Below are positions 17,943-26,633 of a stretch of DNA of 32,000 nucleotides, piece by piece. Under the pieces are notes generated by a model, which saw nothing but the letters and a program-made list of their open reading frames with translations, searched no databases and was not told where the DNA came from. The stretch covers positions 2,850,001-2,882,000 of the forward strand of contig NC_017459.1 of NCBI RefSeq assembly GCF_000237865.1, read 5' to 3'. Position 1 is the first letter of the stretch. The number at the start of each line of letters is the position of its first letter. A program made the translations under genes and the position numbers. Origin of the DNA: Haloquadratum walsbyi C23 (lineage in GTDB: Archaea; Halobacteriota; Halobacteria; Halobacteriales; Haloferacaceae).

Positions 17943-19841
17943 TTAATCACTCGCTGCTGGAATATATTTAGTCTCGTTACCATTGAGAGTCCGGTCTTCG
18001 ACAATACTATTAATGAACCCATCGACTATTTCCGCGGGTTCAAACGGGTTACCATTATACTTAAGCAGACTCGAAAGTTTATCACCATACCGACCAAGCT
18101 CTTTTTGAGTCAGTCCACGGAATTGTGCGGAGGCGTTCATCTCAACGACTAGCACTTCATCAACGCTCTCAATGAATGATGACACCTCTTTAACCGGATA
18201 TGGAGCAAGCTCAGAAACACCGAGCATCTTGACATGGTAGCCTTCGGTATCAAGTTCATCGATTGCTTCTCTGACTGTTCCTTGTTGAGATCCAAATGTC
18301 AAAATACCATACTGTGCTTCCGACGGACCGTACTGGGTGTTTCGGGTCTGTCCATCAGTTTCGAGATCATCACGAATGGCTTCGAGTTTCTCCATCCGAC
18401 GGTCAACCTGGTTGACTCGATTATCCGGATCTTCTGAAATATGACCTGCAGGCATATGTTCATTCCCTGTTGCGAGGAATCGACCACCTTCCTGTCCAGG
18501 GAGTGACCGCGGGCTGACTCCATTTTCGCCAGCATGCTGGAAACGGTTATATTTCCCAGACGGATCATGAGATGCATCCTCTAATTCCGCCTCTGTAAGT
18601 GTTGACCCAAGGTCTGGATTTGGTTCTTCATCGAAGACAGTGGCTGGAATATTCTGTAGTTCTCCTCCATTTTTCTGATCGTAGAGGATAATCGAAGGGA
18701 TTTGATACTCATATGCAATCTCGAACGCACGCCGCGTTTGATGATATGCCTCCTCAGAATCAGCAGGGGCGAAAACAACACGATGTGAGTCTCCTTGTGA
18801 GGTGTATAACACGTGTTCAAGATCACCTTGCTCTGGCTTTGTTGGCATGCCTGTCGATGGACCCGCTCGCATAGCTTCAATCAGTACGACCGGTGTTTCA
18901 GTCATCTCAGCGAGTCCGAGCGGCTCAGACATCAATGCAAAGCCACCACCAGAGGACCCTGACATTGCTTTGACTCCAGCATGCGATGCACCGATTGCGA
19001 GCGCTGCTGCGGCAATCTCATCTTCAACCTGCTCTGAAACGCCTCCAATCTCTGGGAGGTTCTGTGACATAATGGTGAAAACCTCTGTCCATGGCGTCAT
19101 CGGGTATCCAGAGATGAACCGACAACCCTCATCAATCGCACCGTACGCGATTGCGTCTGACCCTGAAACGAGAACCTGCTCTTCATCATGATTCCCTGTT
19201 GGGACTGAAATATCTGGGGCAGTAGCATCAAATTCTGAAGTAACGGTCTCATATGCGTCATCAAAGACGTCCATGTTTGGCTCAAAGATTTTATCAGGCA
19301 TTGCGTCAGCCATCATATCTTTGATAATACCTGGGTCAATGTCAGCAATCGCGCATGTGATTGCAACGCCTGCTGTGTTACGCATTACCTCACGCCCATG
19401 TTCACGGGCAATCTCTCGGAGATTAATATCATAAACATGCCAGTTGTTTGCATCGATGCGTTCGTCGAAATTAGGGATGTCATCAGGGTCGAGCAACCCC
19501 GTATCATAGACAATCACACCTCCTTCATCGAGATCATCGAGGTTTTCTGAGAGAGGTTTGATTTCTTCGACACCATAGTATGCATCTTCCTGTGGGTTCC
19601 GAGCGAATGAATCGCCAAGTGCCAACAGGAAATTATATCCATCGCCACGTGATGTCACAGAGTCCGCAGAGACACGTACCTCTGTATACGTATGACCACC
19701 ACGAATTCGTGACGGATAATGACGGTGTGTGAATACATGCAACCCTGCGCGCATCAGGGCCTTCGCGAAATTCTGACTTGTCGAGGCGATTCCATCGCCG
19801 GAGCCACCTGCGATTCGCCAGATAAGTTCGTCGTCAGTCAT
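17943..19841 (-). CDS. 2-oxoacid:ferredoxin oxidoreductase, alpha subunit
   Basis: 632 aa. Fused gamma/alpha-type domains and the GYPMTPWTE motif. Its stop lies 2 nt before the beta-subunit ATG. Confidence 0.9.
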   Translation of the reverse strand: MTDDELIWRIAGGSGDGIASTSQNFAKALMRAGLHVFTHRHYPSRIRGGHTYTEVRVSADSVTSRGDGYNFLLALGDSFARNPQEDAYYGVEEIKPLSENLDDLDEGGVIVYDTGLLDPDDIPNFDERIDANNWHVYDINLREIAREHGREVMRNTAGVAITCAIADIDPGIIKDMMADAMPDKIFEPNMDVFDDAYETVTSEFDATAPDISVPTGNHDEEQVLVSGSDAIAYGAIDEGCRFISGYPMTPWTEVFTIMSQNLPEIGGVSEQVEDEIAAAALAIGASHAGVKAMSGSSGGGFALMSEPLGLAEMTETPVVLIEAMRAGPSTGMPTKPEQGDLEHVLYTSQGDSHRVVFAPADSEEAYHQTRRAFEIAYEYQIPSIILYDQKNGGELQNIPATVFDEEPNPDLGSTLTEAELEDASHDPSGKYNRFQHAGENGVSPRSLPGQEGGRFLATGNEHMPAGHISEDPDNRVNQVDRRMEKLEAIRDDLETDGQTRNTQYGPSEAQYGILTFGSQQGTVREAIDELDTEGYHVKMLGVSELAPYPVKEVSSFIESVDEVLVVEMNASAQFRGLTQKELGRYGDKLSSLLKYNGNPFEPAEIVDGFINSIVEDRTLNGNETKYIPAASD

Positions 19842-20188
19842 AATTTAAGCTCACGGCCCACGTGGACCAGTAATTAATATTGGAGCATGAATTGATTAAA
19901 TGCTTTGCTATACATTACCAAGGAAAAATGATGATGAAATCAACAGACGAGAGGATGAGAAATTTCCTCATATCTGCTTCACTTCTATTTCGATATTGGA
20001 TTATACTGTTGGAATTACCAGTTGGACTACACTATAACAATGAGACACAGGGAGGATGAACGTGCGATAATCTAATCTGACACATAGCCAAACAGAAATT
20101 GAACCCGGTGAACTGTGTAGTAATTTCATATTTATCTATGGATACGGACAAATGACTCCAATCATCTCTACAGATTAACAGGCAGAGT

Positions 20189-20210
20189 GCCTCGGGGCTT
20201 GACCCCGAGG
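20189..20210 (+). repeat. copy 1 of a 22-nt perfect direct repeat GCCTCGGGGCTTGACCCCGAGG, itself a hairpin
   Basis: 8-bp stem CCTCGGGG/CCCCGAGG (20190-20197 with 20203-20210) and loop CTTGA. Read directly from the sequence. Confidence 0.9.
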
Positions 20211-20376
20211 GTGAATGCCGTCACTATATGCCACAAATTTAACTATTTCTAGCGTTTCACACGGTGACAACGACCAGAAACAACCCATCAAAGTATGGAA
20301 GTGAAGACCTCATTTCCTTCGCTGGTCGTTTGACAGTTTGGAAATGTGGCCCCTCTCAAAATCCGCTACTATGATG

Positions 20377-20559
20377 GTGCGACGGGGGTTTCAACGGGCG
20401 CGGAGTGAAGCCGCCAACCTCCACGGACTCCTCGCTGAGTTCGGGTGTTAATTCCAGCCGACCCCTCACGGGGAAGGTCGGAGGGAATTAAATTCGCCTG
20501 CGGGTGCTGTGCAGACCCCAAACGGTGAAGCCTCGGGGCTTGACCCCGAGGTACTTCAC
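20377..20559 (+). ncRNA. candidate structured RNA (omega-RNA / sotRNA-like module)
   Basis: Hand count: 112/180 G+C (62%) for 20381-20560 against 66/180 (37%) for 19901-20080. There is a 44-nt hairpin at 20448-20491, with TTAATTCC/GGAATTAA (8 bp) enclosing CCGACC/GGTCGG (6 bp), followed by the terminal palindrome. No expression data. Confidence 0.3.
20530..20551 (+). repeat. copy 2 of the 22-nt direct repeat/hairpin, with an extended stem
   Basis: Identical 22-mer, 341 nt after copy 1 and in the same orientation. The flanks GTGAAG (20525-20530) and CTTCAC (20554-20559) add 6 bp, with a 2-nt bulge. Confidence 0.9.
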
Positions 20560-20685
20560 AGTAATTACACGTTTCTCACATGCAGCAAATTAAAATCTGT
20601 ATGACTTCCGCTGGAGTTACTTTCTGAGATATTCGCCTTGCATTTCGTGACCTGCTATAGAGGAGAGGTCGGCTCTAAGATAGAA

Positions 20686-21837
20686 TTAATTCGTTTGAGG
20701 ACTTGATGGATGATATTCAGTTTCATATTGTCCTGGGTTATCATCAAGTCGGTCGGGGTTAATCTGACCATCAAGAAGCATGAAATCAAGGATTGTAATG
20801 TTCAACATAGCTTCAACGACTGGGACAGCTCGTGGTGGAAGTACAGGATCGTGCCGTCCAACAACCTGAATGTCTTTTTGCTCGCCTGTTTCCCAGTCAA
20901 CAGTTTGTTGCTCTTTTGGGATTGACGTTGGCGCGTGCCATGTTGCCTCGCCATAGATTGGTTGCCCAGTCGTGATACCGCCCTGTAATCCGCCGTGTGT
21001 GTTTCCTTCCGGTATCGGGTTGCCGTCTTCGTCAAATTCCCAGTCTTCATTTCGGTTTGATCCACGCCACTCACGTGCTTCATGTCCAAGACCATACTCA
21101 ACGCTCGTAGTTGCTGGAACGGAAAACATTGCCTTTCCGAGACGAGCAGGGAGCGAATCAAATCGAGGTGCGCCAAGTCCTGCAGGGACTCCACGAGCCT
21201 CAAAGTAAATTGCTCCACCAATTGAATCACCTTCAGTCTGATACTCATCAATTCGCTCACGCATTCTTTCAGCAGTTTCTGGGTGTGCACATCGAACCTC
21301 GTTTTCTTCGGTGTGCTCAAGCATCTCCTCGAACGTTACCGGTGGTGCTTTGATGTCTCCAATTTGGTTGACATGTGCTTTTGCTTTTATTCCATATTCT
21401 GTGAGAATCTTTTGTGCGATCGCGCCGGCAGCAACCCAATTAACCGTTTCACGAGCTGATGATCGACCACCACCGCCCCAGTTTCGCGTCCCGAACTTCG
21501 CTGAGTACGTAAAGTCACCATGACTTGGTCGAGGGGCGGTGACATATGGTTCGTATTTTCCAGACCGAGCGTCTTTGTTTTCAATAACCATCCCAATCGG
21601 TGTTCCTGTTGTATATCCGTCCTGCACCCCAGAGTTAATCTCGACTGCATCAGGCTCACCCCGTGAGGTAGTAATCATCGACTGCCCTGGTTTTCGACGG
21701 TCAAGTTCAGCTTGGATATCTGCTTCTTCAAGTTCGAGACCAGCCGGACAGCCGGAGACGGTCACACCCATCGCATCTCCATGGCTTTCGCCATACGTTG
21801 TGACCTGAAACATACGGCCAAATCGGTTGCCATTCAT
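20686..21837 (-). CDS. aroC: chorismate synthase
   Basis: 383 aa. FQVTTYGESHG, GGGRSSARET and the conserved C-terminal half. Confidence 0.95.
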   Translation of the reverse strand: MNGNRFGRMFQVTTYGESHGDAMGVTVSGCPAGLELEEADIQAELDRRKPGQSMITTSRGEPDAVEINSGVQDGYTTGTPIGMVIENKDARSGKYEPYVTAPRPSHGDFTYSAKFGTRNWGGGGRSSARETVNWVAAGAIAQKILTEYGIKAKAHVNQIGDIKAPPVTFEEMLEHTEENEVRCAHPETAERMRERIDEYQTEGDSIGGAIYFEARGVPAGLGAPRFDSLPARLGKAMFSVPATTSVEYGLGHEAREWRGSNRNEDWEFDEDGNPIPEGNTHGGLQGGITTGQPIYGEATWHAPTSIPKEQQTVDWETGEQKDIQVVGRHDPVLPPRAVPVVEAMLNITILDFMLLDGQINPDRLDDNPGQYETEYHPSSPQTN

Positions 21838-21861
21838 TACACATTGGTTTGATTCCCGTGC

Positions 21862-21867
21862 ATATAT
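21862..21867 (-). promoter_or_regulatory. TATA-like box (ATATAT) for aroC
   Basis: 30 nt upstream of the ATG at 21837. Confidence 0.35.
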
Positions 21868-22098
21868 ACATTGGAGGTACTCCCTGAGCGAACCAGCCTA
21901 AGATTGCATGCACGGTTTGATGATGTGCTGAGACTGGTCCCGAAAACTCTCTCAGGCTTACTGCACCTCAAAAAGTGTTATATATAATATCTTTATAGAT
22001 CGTCGAGGCGAATACCACAGGTATTGACCATGGGGTGTTTCACCCATTTATCAATTTATGATATAGTCAATGAGTAAATGACATGTCTTGAATTGGGC

Positions 22099-23397
22099 CT
22101 ATTTATGTACTTGGACGCTAGCTCCAAGGGCTGATAATGATTCAAAAAATGATGGAAATGATACATCAACATCTTCGCTATCGCTGATTGTCGTCTCACC
22201 CTCTGCGGCGAGCGCAGCAATCGCCAGTGACATGACAATTCGGTGGTCTCCATGTCCCTCAACGTGCGTTCCAGAAAGCGTCGTTTCACCACCATGGATA
22301 GTCAATCGATCCTGTTTTTCTGTTACTGAAGCTCCCATCGCGCCAAGTTCGGTTGCCATTGCACTGACGCGGTCTGTCTCTTTATATCGAACATGTTCGC
22401 AATTATTAATTACCGTGTCGCCGTCAGCAATGGCACCAAGTGTCGCAATCGTCGGGAGAAGGTCTGGCATATTGCCAACATCAACGGTAATTCCAGTTAA
22501 CGACGCTGCTGGAACAGTAAGTTCACCAGCGTTACGATCCCATGCAACTTGTCCACCCATTGATTGAATAATCTCAACAATTGCACTATCACCCTGTGCG
22601 CTTTGGTGAGCGCCTTCAATAATAACAGCACCATCTGTTGTGGCGGCGACAGCACCAGCAGCTAGTAGATATGATATTGATGAAAAATCACCGGGAACCA
22701 CATAGGTGCCATCAGTCGGTGTGTATGACTGCCCACCAGGAACCGCAAATCCATCAGCAGTTCGCTCAACTGTCACATCGAACGCTGATAGCAATTCAAT
22801 CGTAATATCAACGTATGGGGCAGATTTTAGCTCGGTCTCAAGAGTGATATCGATGCCATCCGCGGTCACAGCACCTGCCATTAATAACGCAGTGATATAC
22901 TGTGATGAGATGTCGCCAGGAATGGCAACTGAGCCACCCTGAAATGCATCGCCGACGATGAGTGGCGCTTGTCCATTCCGTCTGGTTGACTCTCCACGCC
23001 CATCGAGCGTTTCAATAGCCTCAAGCAGCGGACCATGTGGACGTGACCGAAGGGATTCATCACCAGTAAGGACACACAACCCATCCGCAAGCGCACCGCA
23101 GGCAGCAACAAGTCGTGTCGTTGTACCTGAGTTTTCACAGTTGATAATATCTGTTGGGGTTCTTGGGCGCCCATTAAATCCAGTGATCTCAATGTGATCT
23201 TCATCTACATGCTCAACAGTCCCACCAAATGCCTCAATTGCACGCATTGTTGCTTGTGTGTCTGCACTGATTAATGGGTCAATAATAGTTGCACTATCGC
23301 CATATCCTGCGGCAAGGATAGCCCGATGTGTATAACTTTTCGATGGAGGTGCACGAACTCGTCCGCGAACCCGTGAACGTGAGATACTAACGTCCAT
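22099..23397 (-). CDS. aroA: 3-phosphoshikimate 1-carboxyvinyltransferase (EPSP synthase)
   Basis: 432 aa. [24 protein letters not shown] and a conserved RVKETDR-like segment (RYKETDRV). Confidence 0.95.
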   Translation of the reverse strand: MDVSISRSRVRGRVRAPPSKSYTHRAILAAGYGDSATIIDPLISADTQATMRAIEAFGGTVEHVDEDHIEITGFNGRPRTPTDIINCENSGTTTRLVAACGALADGLCVLTGDESLRSRPHGPLLEAIETLDGRGESTRRNGQAPLIVGDAFQGGSVAIPGDISSQYITALLMAGAVTADGIDITLETELKSAPYVDITIELLSAFDVTVERTADGFAVPGGQSYTPTDGTYVVPGDFSSISYLLAAGAVAATTDGAVIIEGAHQSAQGDSAIVEIIQSMGGQVAWDRNAGELTVPAASLTGITVDVGNMPDLLPTIATLGAIADGDTVINNCEHVRYKETDRVSAMATELGAMGASVTEKQDRLTIHGGETTLSGTHVEGHGDHRIVMSLAIAALAAEGETTISDSEDVDVSFPSFFESLSALGASVQVHK

Positions 23398-23439
23398 ATG
23401 ATTGATGATTTCGGTGGGAGTATGATGCTATCGGTCATC

Positions 23440-23641
23440 GAGTCATAAACGTTTCAACTTTCGATATCCTCCCGGCGCTAAAGCGCGAGGATTCTCCGAA
23501 GGGGATATTCAGGTTGCGCGTTTCTTCGGGATTCAAATACGCTTTCGCGTGACCCGTCGAAGGTTGCCACCGAGTTGGGTCGTGGTATTGCGCCTGCTCA
23601 GCATATGATATCACCAGTAGTTCAGAATAGCGATAGTTTTA
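23440..23641 (-). other. G+C-rich hairpin module; possible remnant of the 3' end of an IS1341-type element
   Basis: 79/140 G+C (56%) for 23461-23600. Hairpin at 23466-23492 (ATCCTC/GAGGAT around GCGC-TAAA-GCGC). The minus strand is open for 59 codons from a GTG at 23614 and ends ...NIPFGESSRFSAGRISKVETFMTR. Confidence 0.25.
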
Positions 23642-23725
23642 TTCGGGTTTCGTCGTATACTATGGACAGAATGTCGAGCATACGCCATTGAGCAAAAAGA
23701 CTACAAACTATAATCAATCTGAGCA

Positions 23726-23731
23726 AATATA
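23726..23731 (+). promoter_or_regulatory. TATA-like box (AATATA) for dinB
   Basis: 33 nt upstream of the ATG at 23759. Confidence 0.25.
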
Positions 23732-23758
23732 TCATGCTATATCTGGATAGAACTGCTA

Positions 23759-25096
23759 ATGCGTGGTGAAACGCTCCCTGGTACTGATAATTCTACAAAC
23801 ACGCCTGATCAGATTATTCTCCACGTCGATATGGACTGTTTTTATGCGTCCTGTGAGCGTCTTCGTGAACCAGCGTTGAGGGATGTCCCTGTTGTTATCG
23901 GGATGGGGTATGAACCAGGAGAGACATTTGGCGCCGTTGCAACAGCAAGTTACGAAGCGCGTGAATACGGTATTGAAAGCGCACAACCGATATCTCACGC
24001 GCTTGAACGACTACCGCGTGCAGATGTTGATGAGCCTAATGGTGCCGATGATACCGACACAGAGTCAAATCCATCCGGATATTATCGATCAGTTGATCTT
24101 GATTTCTATCAATCGGTGGCAGCAGAAGTTAAAGATATTCTACATGATTGCGCAGATGTAGTCCGCGAGGTAAGTATTGACGAGGCGTATCTCGACATTA
24201 CCGACCGGACAGCCTGGCAGCAAACTGAGAGCGGTGACCGAACGCTTGCAGAGGGATACGCACGGTATGTCAAACAGCGGATTATGCGGACGGTGGGCGT
24301 TCCAGTAAGCGTTGGTGTTGCTCCGAATATGTCAGCAGCAAAAATTGCATCTGATCATCAGAAGCCTGATGGGCTCGTCGTTATTGAGCCGGGCTCTGTC
24401 GCATCATTTTTGAGTCCACTTCCTGTTGAGTCTATCCATGGTGTTGGTCCCGTAACGGCGGATCGACTGAGCGAGTTAGAGGTTCGAACAGCTGGGGACC
24501 TTGCGACGGCAGATCGAAAGCGCTTGACAGAAGTTCTTGATTCACGTGCAGAAACGTTATCGAAGCGTGCGATGGGTAATGATAATCGTGAGGTAACACC
24601 AACAGGGAAGCCACAGAGTCTTTCGCGAGAGTCAGCCTTTGCAGCGGCGACTGAGGATGAGGCACAGAAACGTGATGCTATCAGTGGACTCGCAGTTGAT
24701 GTTGCGGCAAGAGCTAATCAACGGGGTGCGCTATATCAAACGATTGGAATCAAGATTGTTATTCCTCCATATGAAGTGCGCACCCGAGAGCGGTCATTAT
24801 CGGGTCCAATTGAGGATGCAGATCTTGTCATTGATGTCGCCTGTGAACTCCTTTCAGAATTCGAAGAGGAGGCTGCCCGAAAAATCGGTGTTCGGGTCTC
24901 AAATCTTTCATTCGCTGCCGCCGACCAAGCACAACTCGATGCACGCGAATGGGATAGTGACCGTTCATGCGTCCCAACTGCGCCAGTTGACGACGCTCAA
25001 GACGATAATAACACCAAAGATATTAATGAATACCCACATCGGTCATATAGCAGTGGACAAGTATCATTAGGGGAATTTGGCACTGAACATGACTAA
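23759..25096 (+). CDS. dinB: Y-family DNA polymerase IV (DinB/Dbh type)
   Basis: 445 aa. ILHVDMDCFYASCE, SIDEAYLD, a little-finger region and an acidic C-terminal tail. Confidence 0.9.
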   Translation: MRGETLPGTDNSTNTPDQIILHVDMDCFYASCERLREPALRDVPVVIGMGYEPGETFGAVATASYEAREYGIESAQPISHALERLPRADVDEPNGADDTDTESNPSGYYRSVDLDFYQSVAAEVKDILHDCADVVREVSIDEAYLDITDRTAWQQTESGDRTLAEGYARYVKQRIMRTVGVPVSVGVAPNMSAAKIASDHQKPDGLVVIEPGSVASFLSPLPVESIHGVGPVTADRLSELEVRTAGDLATADRKRLTEVLDSRAETLSKRAMGNDNREVTPTGKPQSLSRESAFAAATEDEAQKRDAISGLAVDVAARANQRGALYQTIGIKIVIPPYEVRTRERSLSGPIEDADLVIDVACELLSEFEEEAARKIGVRVSNLSFAAADQAQLDAREWDSDRSCVPTAPVDDAQDDNNTKDINEYPHRSYSSGQVSLGEFGTEHD

Positions 25097-25252
25097 ATAA
25101 AGTTGAAACTGAAACTGTCCAACAGTCATTCAGTGAGACTCATGTGATTGTTTCATCTCTATATCGAGCATCTAAAAGAAGTTCTCATGATGTTAGTATG
25201 ATGCTGCGAGATTCAGTTGGATTCAACGATTCATCTATTGCTTCTCTCGTGG

Positions 25253-25897
25253 TTATATGGGAGCTACGAGGTCTTCAAGTGCTTTTCGAGGATTATCTGC
25301 CTTTGCAACCCCAGATGCAAGCAGAATACCACTTGCACCGAGATCACGAGCAGCGATAACATCATTACCAGCAGATATTCCGGCTCCACAGTAGACATCA
25401 ACTGTTTTATCAATACTATTTGTTGACTCAACAGCATTGGAGACAATATCCGGATCAGCTGTTGCAACGGATGCATCTCCACCAATGAGCGCTGGTGGTT
25501 CAACAGCGACGCTGTCTGGACTAAGTGCTGTCACTGCCCCAATCTGTGCTGGGTTGTTCGCACAGACGCACGTATCAAGATCAACACGCGATGCTGCGTT
25601 GACGGCTGTATCAATATCAGCAAGTGTGAGTCGCCGCTCGGAGTGATTGATTAGTGTTCCAGTTGCTCCGGCGTTTGCAACAGCCTCCGCAAGTGTACTA
25701 CCAGTGTAACTCCCGTAGTTATTTGGGCTAACATGCTGTGCCCATGTCTCGACACCGGTATCCGAGACACGCGCAATATCGGCTGCCTGTGGTGATACGG
25801 CAACACGAACTCCGGAATCATCAGCAACATCTCGAGCTGCGTTCGCGATTTCGAGTGGGTCACACGGGTATGCCTTGAGATTGATTAAGATAAACAT
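25253..25897 (-). CDS. tpiA: triosephosphate isomerase (short archaeal type)
   Basis: [10 protein letters not shown]..., INHSER, GAGISAG. I prefer the ATG at 25897 to the GTG at 25906 used by the ORF track. A TATA-like hexamer lies 30 nt upstream of that ATG. Confidence 0.9.
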   Translation of the reverse strand: MFILINLKAYPCDPLEIANAARDVADDSGVRVAVSPQAADIARVSDTGVETWAQHVSPNNYGSYTGSTLAEAVANAGATGTLINHSERRLTLADIDTAVNAASRVDLDTCVCANNPAQIGAVTALSPDSVAVEPPALIGGDASVATADPDIVSNAVESTNSIDKTVDVYCGAGISAGNDVIAARDLGASGILLASGVAKADNPRKALEDLVAPI

Positions 25898-25921
25898 AGT
25901 ATACACTCTACAGCGGAAGAT

Positions 25922-25927
25922 AAAATA
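25922..25927 (-). promoter_or_regulatory. TATA-like box (TATTTT) for tpiA
   Basis: 30 nt upstream of the preferred ATG at 25897. Confidence 0.3.
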
Positions 25928-26040
25928 GATTCACATCTGAGTGAGACATTTGATCAACTCATTGTTGATTATTATACACCGAGATAAGACGATATACGAC
26001 TACTGATTTTGTGCTATCCAGCGTGATCTTATCTGAGCAT

Positions 26041-26574
26041 TCAATCCTTTCGTTTGACTACATCACCAAGAGTCGTTGTTGTTGAAGAGCCACCTGACCA
26101 CTCATCTTCGTCGGTGTCTGTTCCTTCAACAAGTGAGATATCAAGCCGTCGTTCTAGTTTCTCACGGACGTCATCGGATGGAAGAATATCACTTCGTTCA
26201 AGCTTCCGAATCAGACTTGCTTTCTCATTTAATGAGTCGGCAAGATCTTCTTGGCTCAGACTTCGTGACTCACGAGCTTGGCGTATCCGGTTATCATAGT
26301 CCGCGGCAATCTCATCCATATTGTCGAACATATCGCGGCGTGGAGACCCGCCGCTTTGTGAGGCCGATGAGGTCGTACTCCCAGTCGAATTTGTGCTCGA
26401 CTCATCAGAGTTTGAACTTGATGTTGAGTACTTTGTCGAGGTAGATGAACTCGACTCAGTGCGGACCTCGGTCCCGAACTCCTTGCAATCACCGCAGAGT
26501 TCGAGTTCGGCCCCTTCGACTTTAACTGTCGTTAGTGACGATTGGTCACTACCACACATCTCGCACTGAGGCAT
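26041..26574 (-). CDS. mbf1: multiprotein-bridging factor 1 homolog (zinc ribbon + Cro/C1 HTH)
   Basis: MPQCEMCG...CGDC zinc ribbon, a Ser/Thr-rich linker, and the HTH SLSQEDLADSLNEKASLIRKLE. The ATG at 26574 has TTTATA 31 nt upstream. The track ORF begins at a TTG at 26616. Confidence 0.8.
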   Translation of the reverse strand: MPQCEMCGSDQSSLTTVKVEGAELELCGDCKEFGTEVRTESSSSTSTKYSTSSSNSDESSTNSTGSTTSSASQSGGSPRRDMFDNMDEIAADYDNRIRQARESRSLSQEDLADSLNEKASLIRKLERSDILPSDDVREKLERRLDISLVEGTDTDEDEWSGGSSTTTTLGDVVKRKD

Positions 26575-26599
26575 ATCACGGTGATAATCAAGGGAAGGA

Positions 26600-26605
26600 T
26601 ATAAA
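26600..26605 (-). promoter_or_regulatory. TATA box (TTTATA) for mbf1
   Basis: 31 nt upstream of the ATG at 26574. It supports the shorter gene model. Confidence 0.4.
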
Positions 26606-26633
26606 CGATACGCCAAAGCGGTTTCAACAGAGT

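Larger units (their letters stand above)
20189..20559 (+). mobile_element. candidate non-autonomous IS200/IS605-family (IS1341/TnpB-type) derivative, PATE-like; boundaries approximate
   Basis: Two same-orientation subterminal palindromes, no terminal inverted repeats, no ORF of 60 aa or more, and a G+C-rich structured 3' half. No transposase gene is present. The family assignment is inference. Confidence 0.4.

Noticed and set aside
19928-20053. 41-codon ORF (MMMKSTDERMRNFLISASLLFRYWIILLELPVGLHYNNETQGG) divergent from the oxidoreductase operon
   Set aside because: It is short, AT-rich and not acidic, and nothing supports it beyond being open. Hydrophobic runs are expected by chance in AT-rich spacers.
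20119-20136. Imperfect 18-nt direct repeat (AGTAATTTCATATTTATC versus AGTAATTACACGTTTCTC at 20560-20577, 14/18) as a target-site duplication flanking the element
   Set aside because: IS200/IS605-type elements do not make target duplications, and no terminal inverted repeats accompany it. My rough estimate is that a 14/18 match in AT-rich DNA over the offsets examined is compatible with chance.
20189-20551. Possible CRISPR array, because of an identical palindromic 22-mer repeated in direct orientation
   Set aside because: There are only two copies, the spacing is 319 nt (far longer than CRISPR spacers), no further repeats are present, and the window has no cas genes.
21918-21931. C/D-box sRNA-like TGATGA ... 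CTGA in the aroA/aroC spacer
   Set aside because: The boxes are only 4 nt apart. There is no second C'/D pair, no terminal stem and no room for a guide.
26300-26440. Ser/Thr-rich low-complexity tract in MBF1 as an unusual insertion
   Set aside because: From memory, haloarchaeal MBF1 homologs generally carry a Ser-rich linker between the zinc ribbon and the HTH, so this is probably a family feature.
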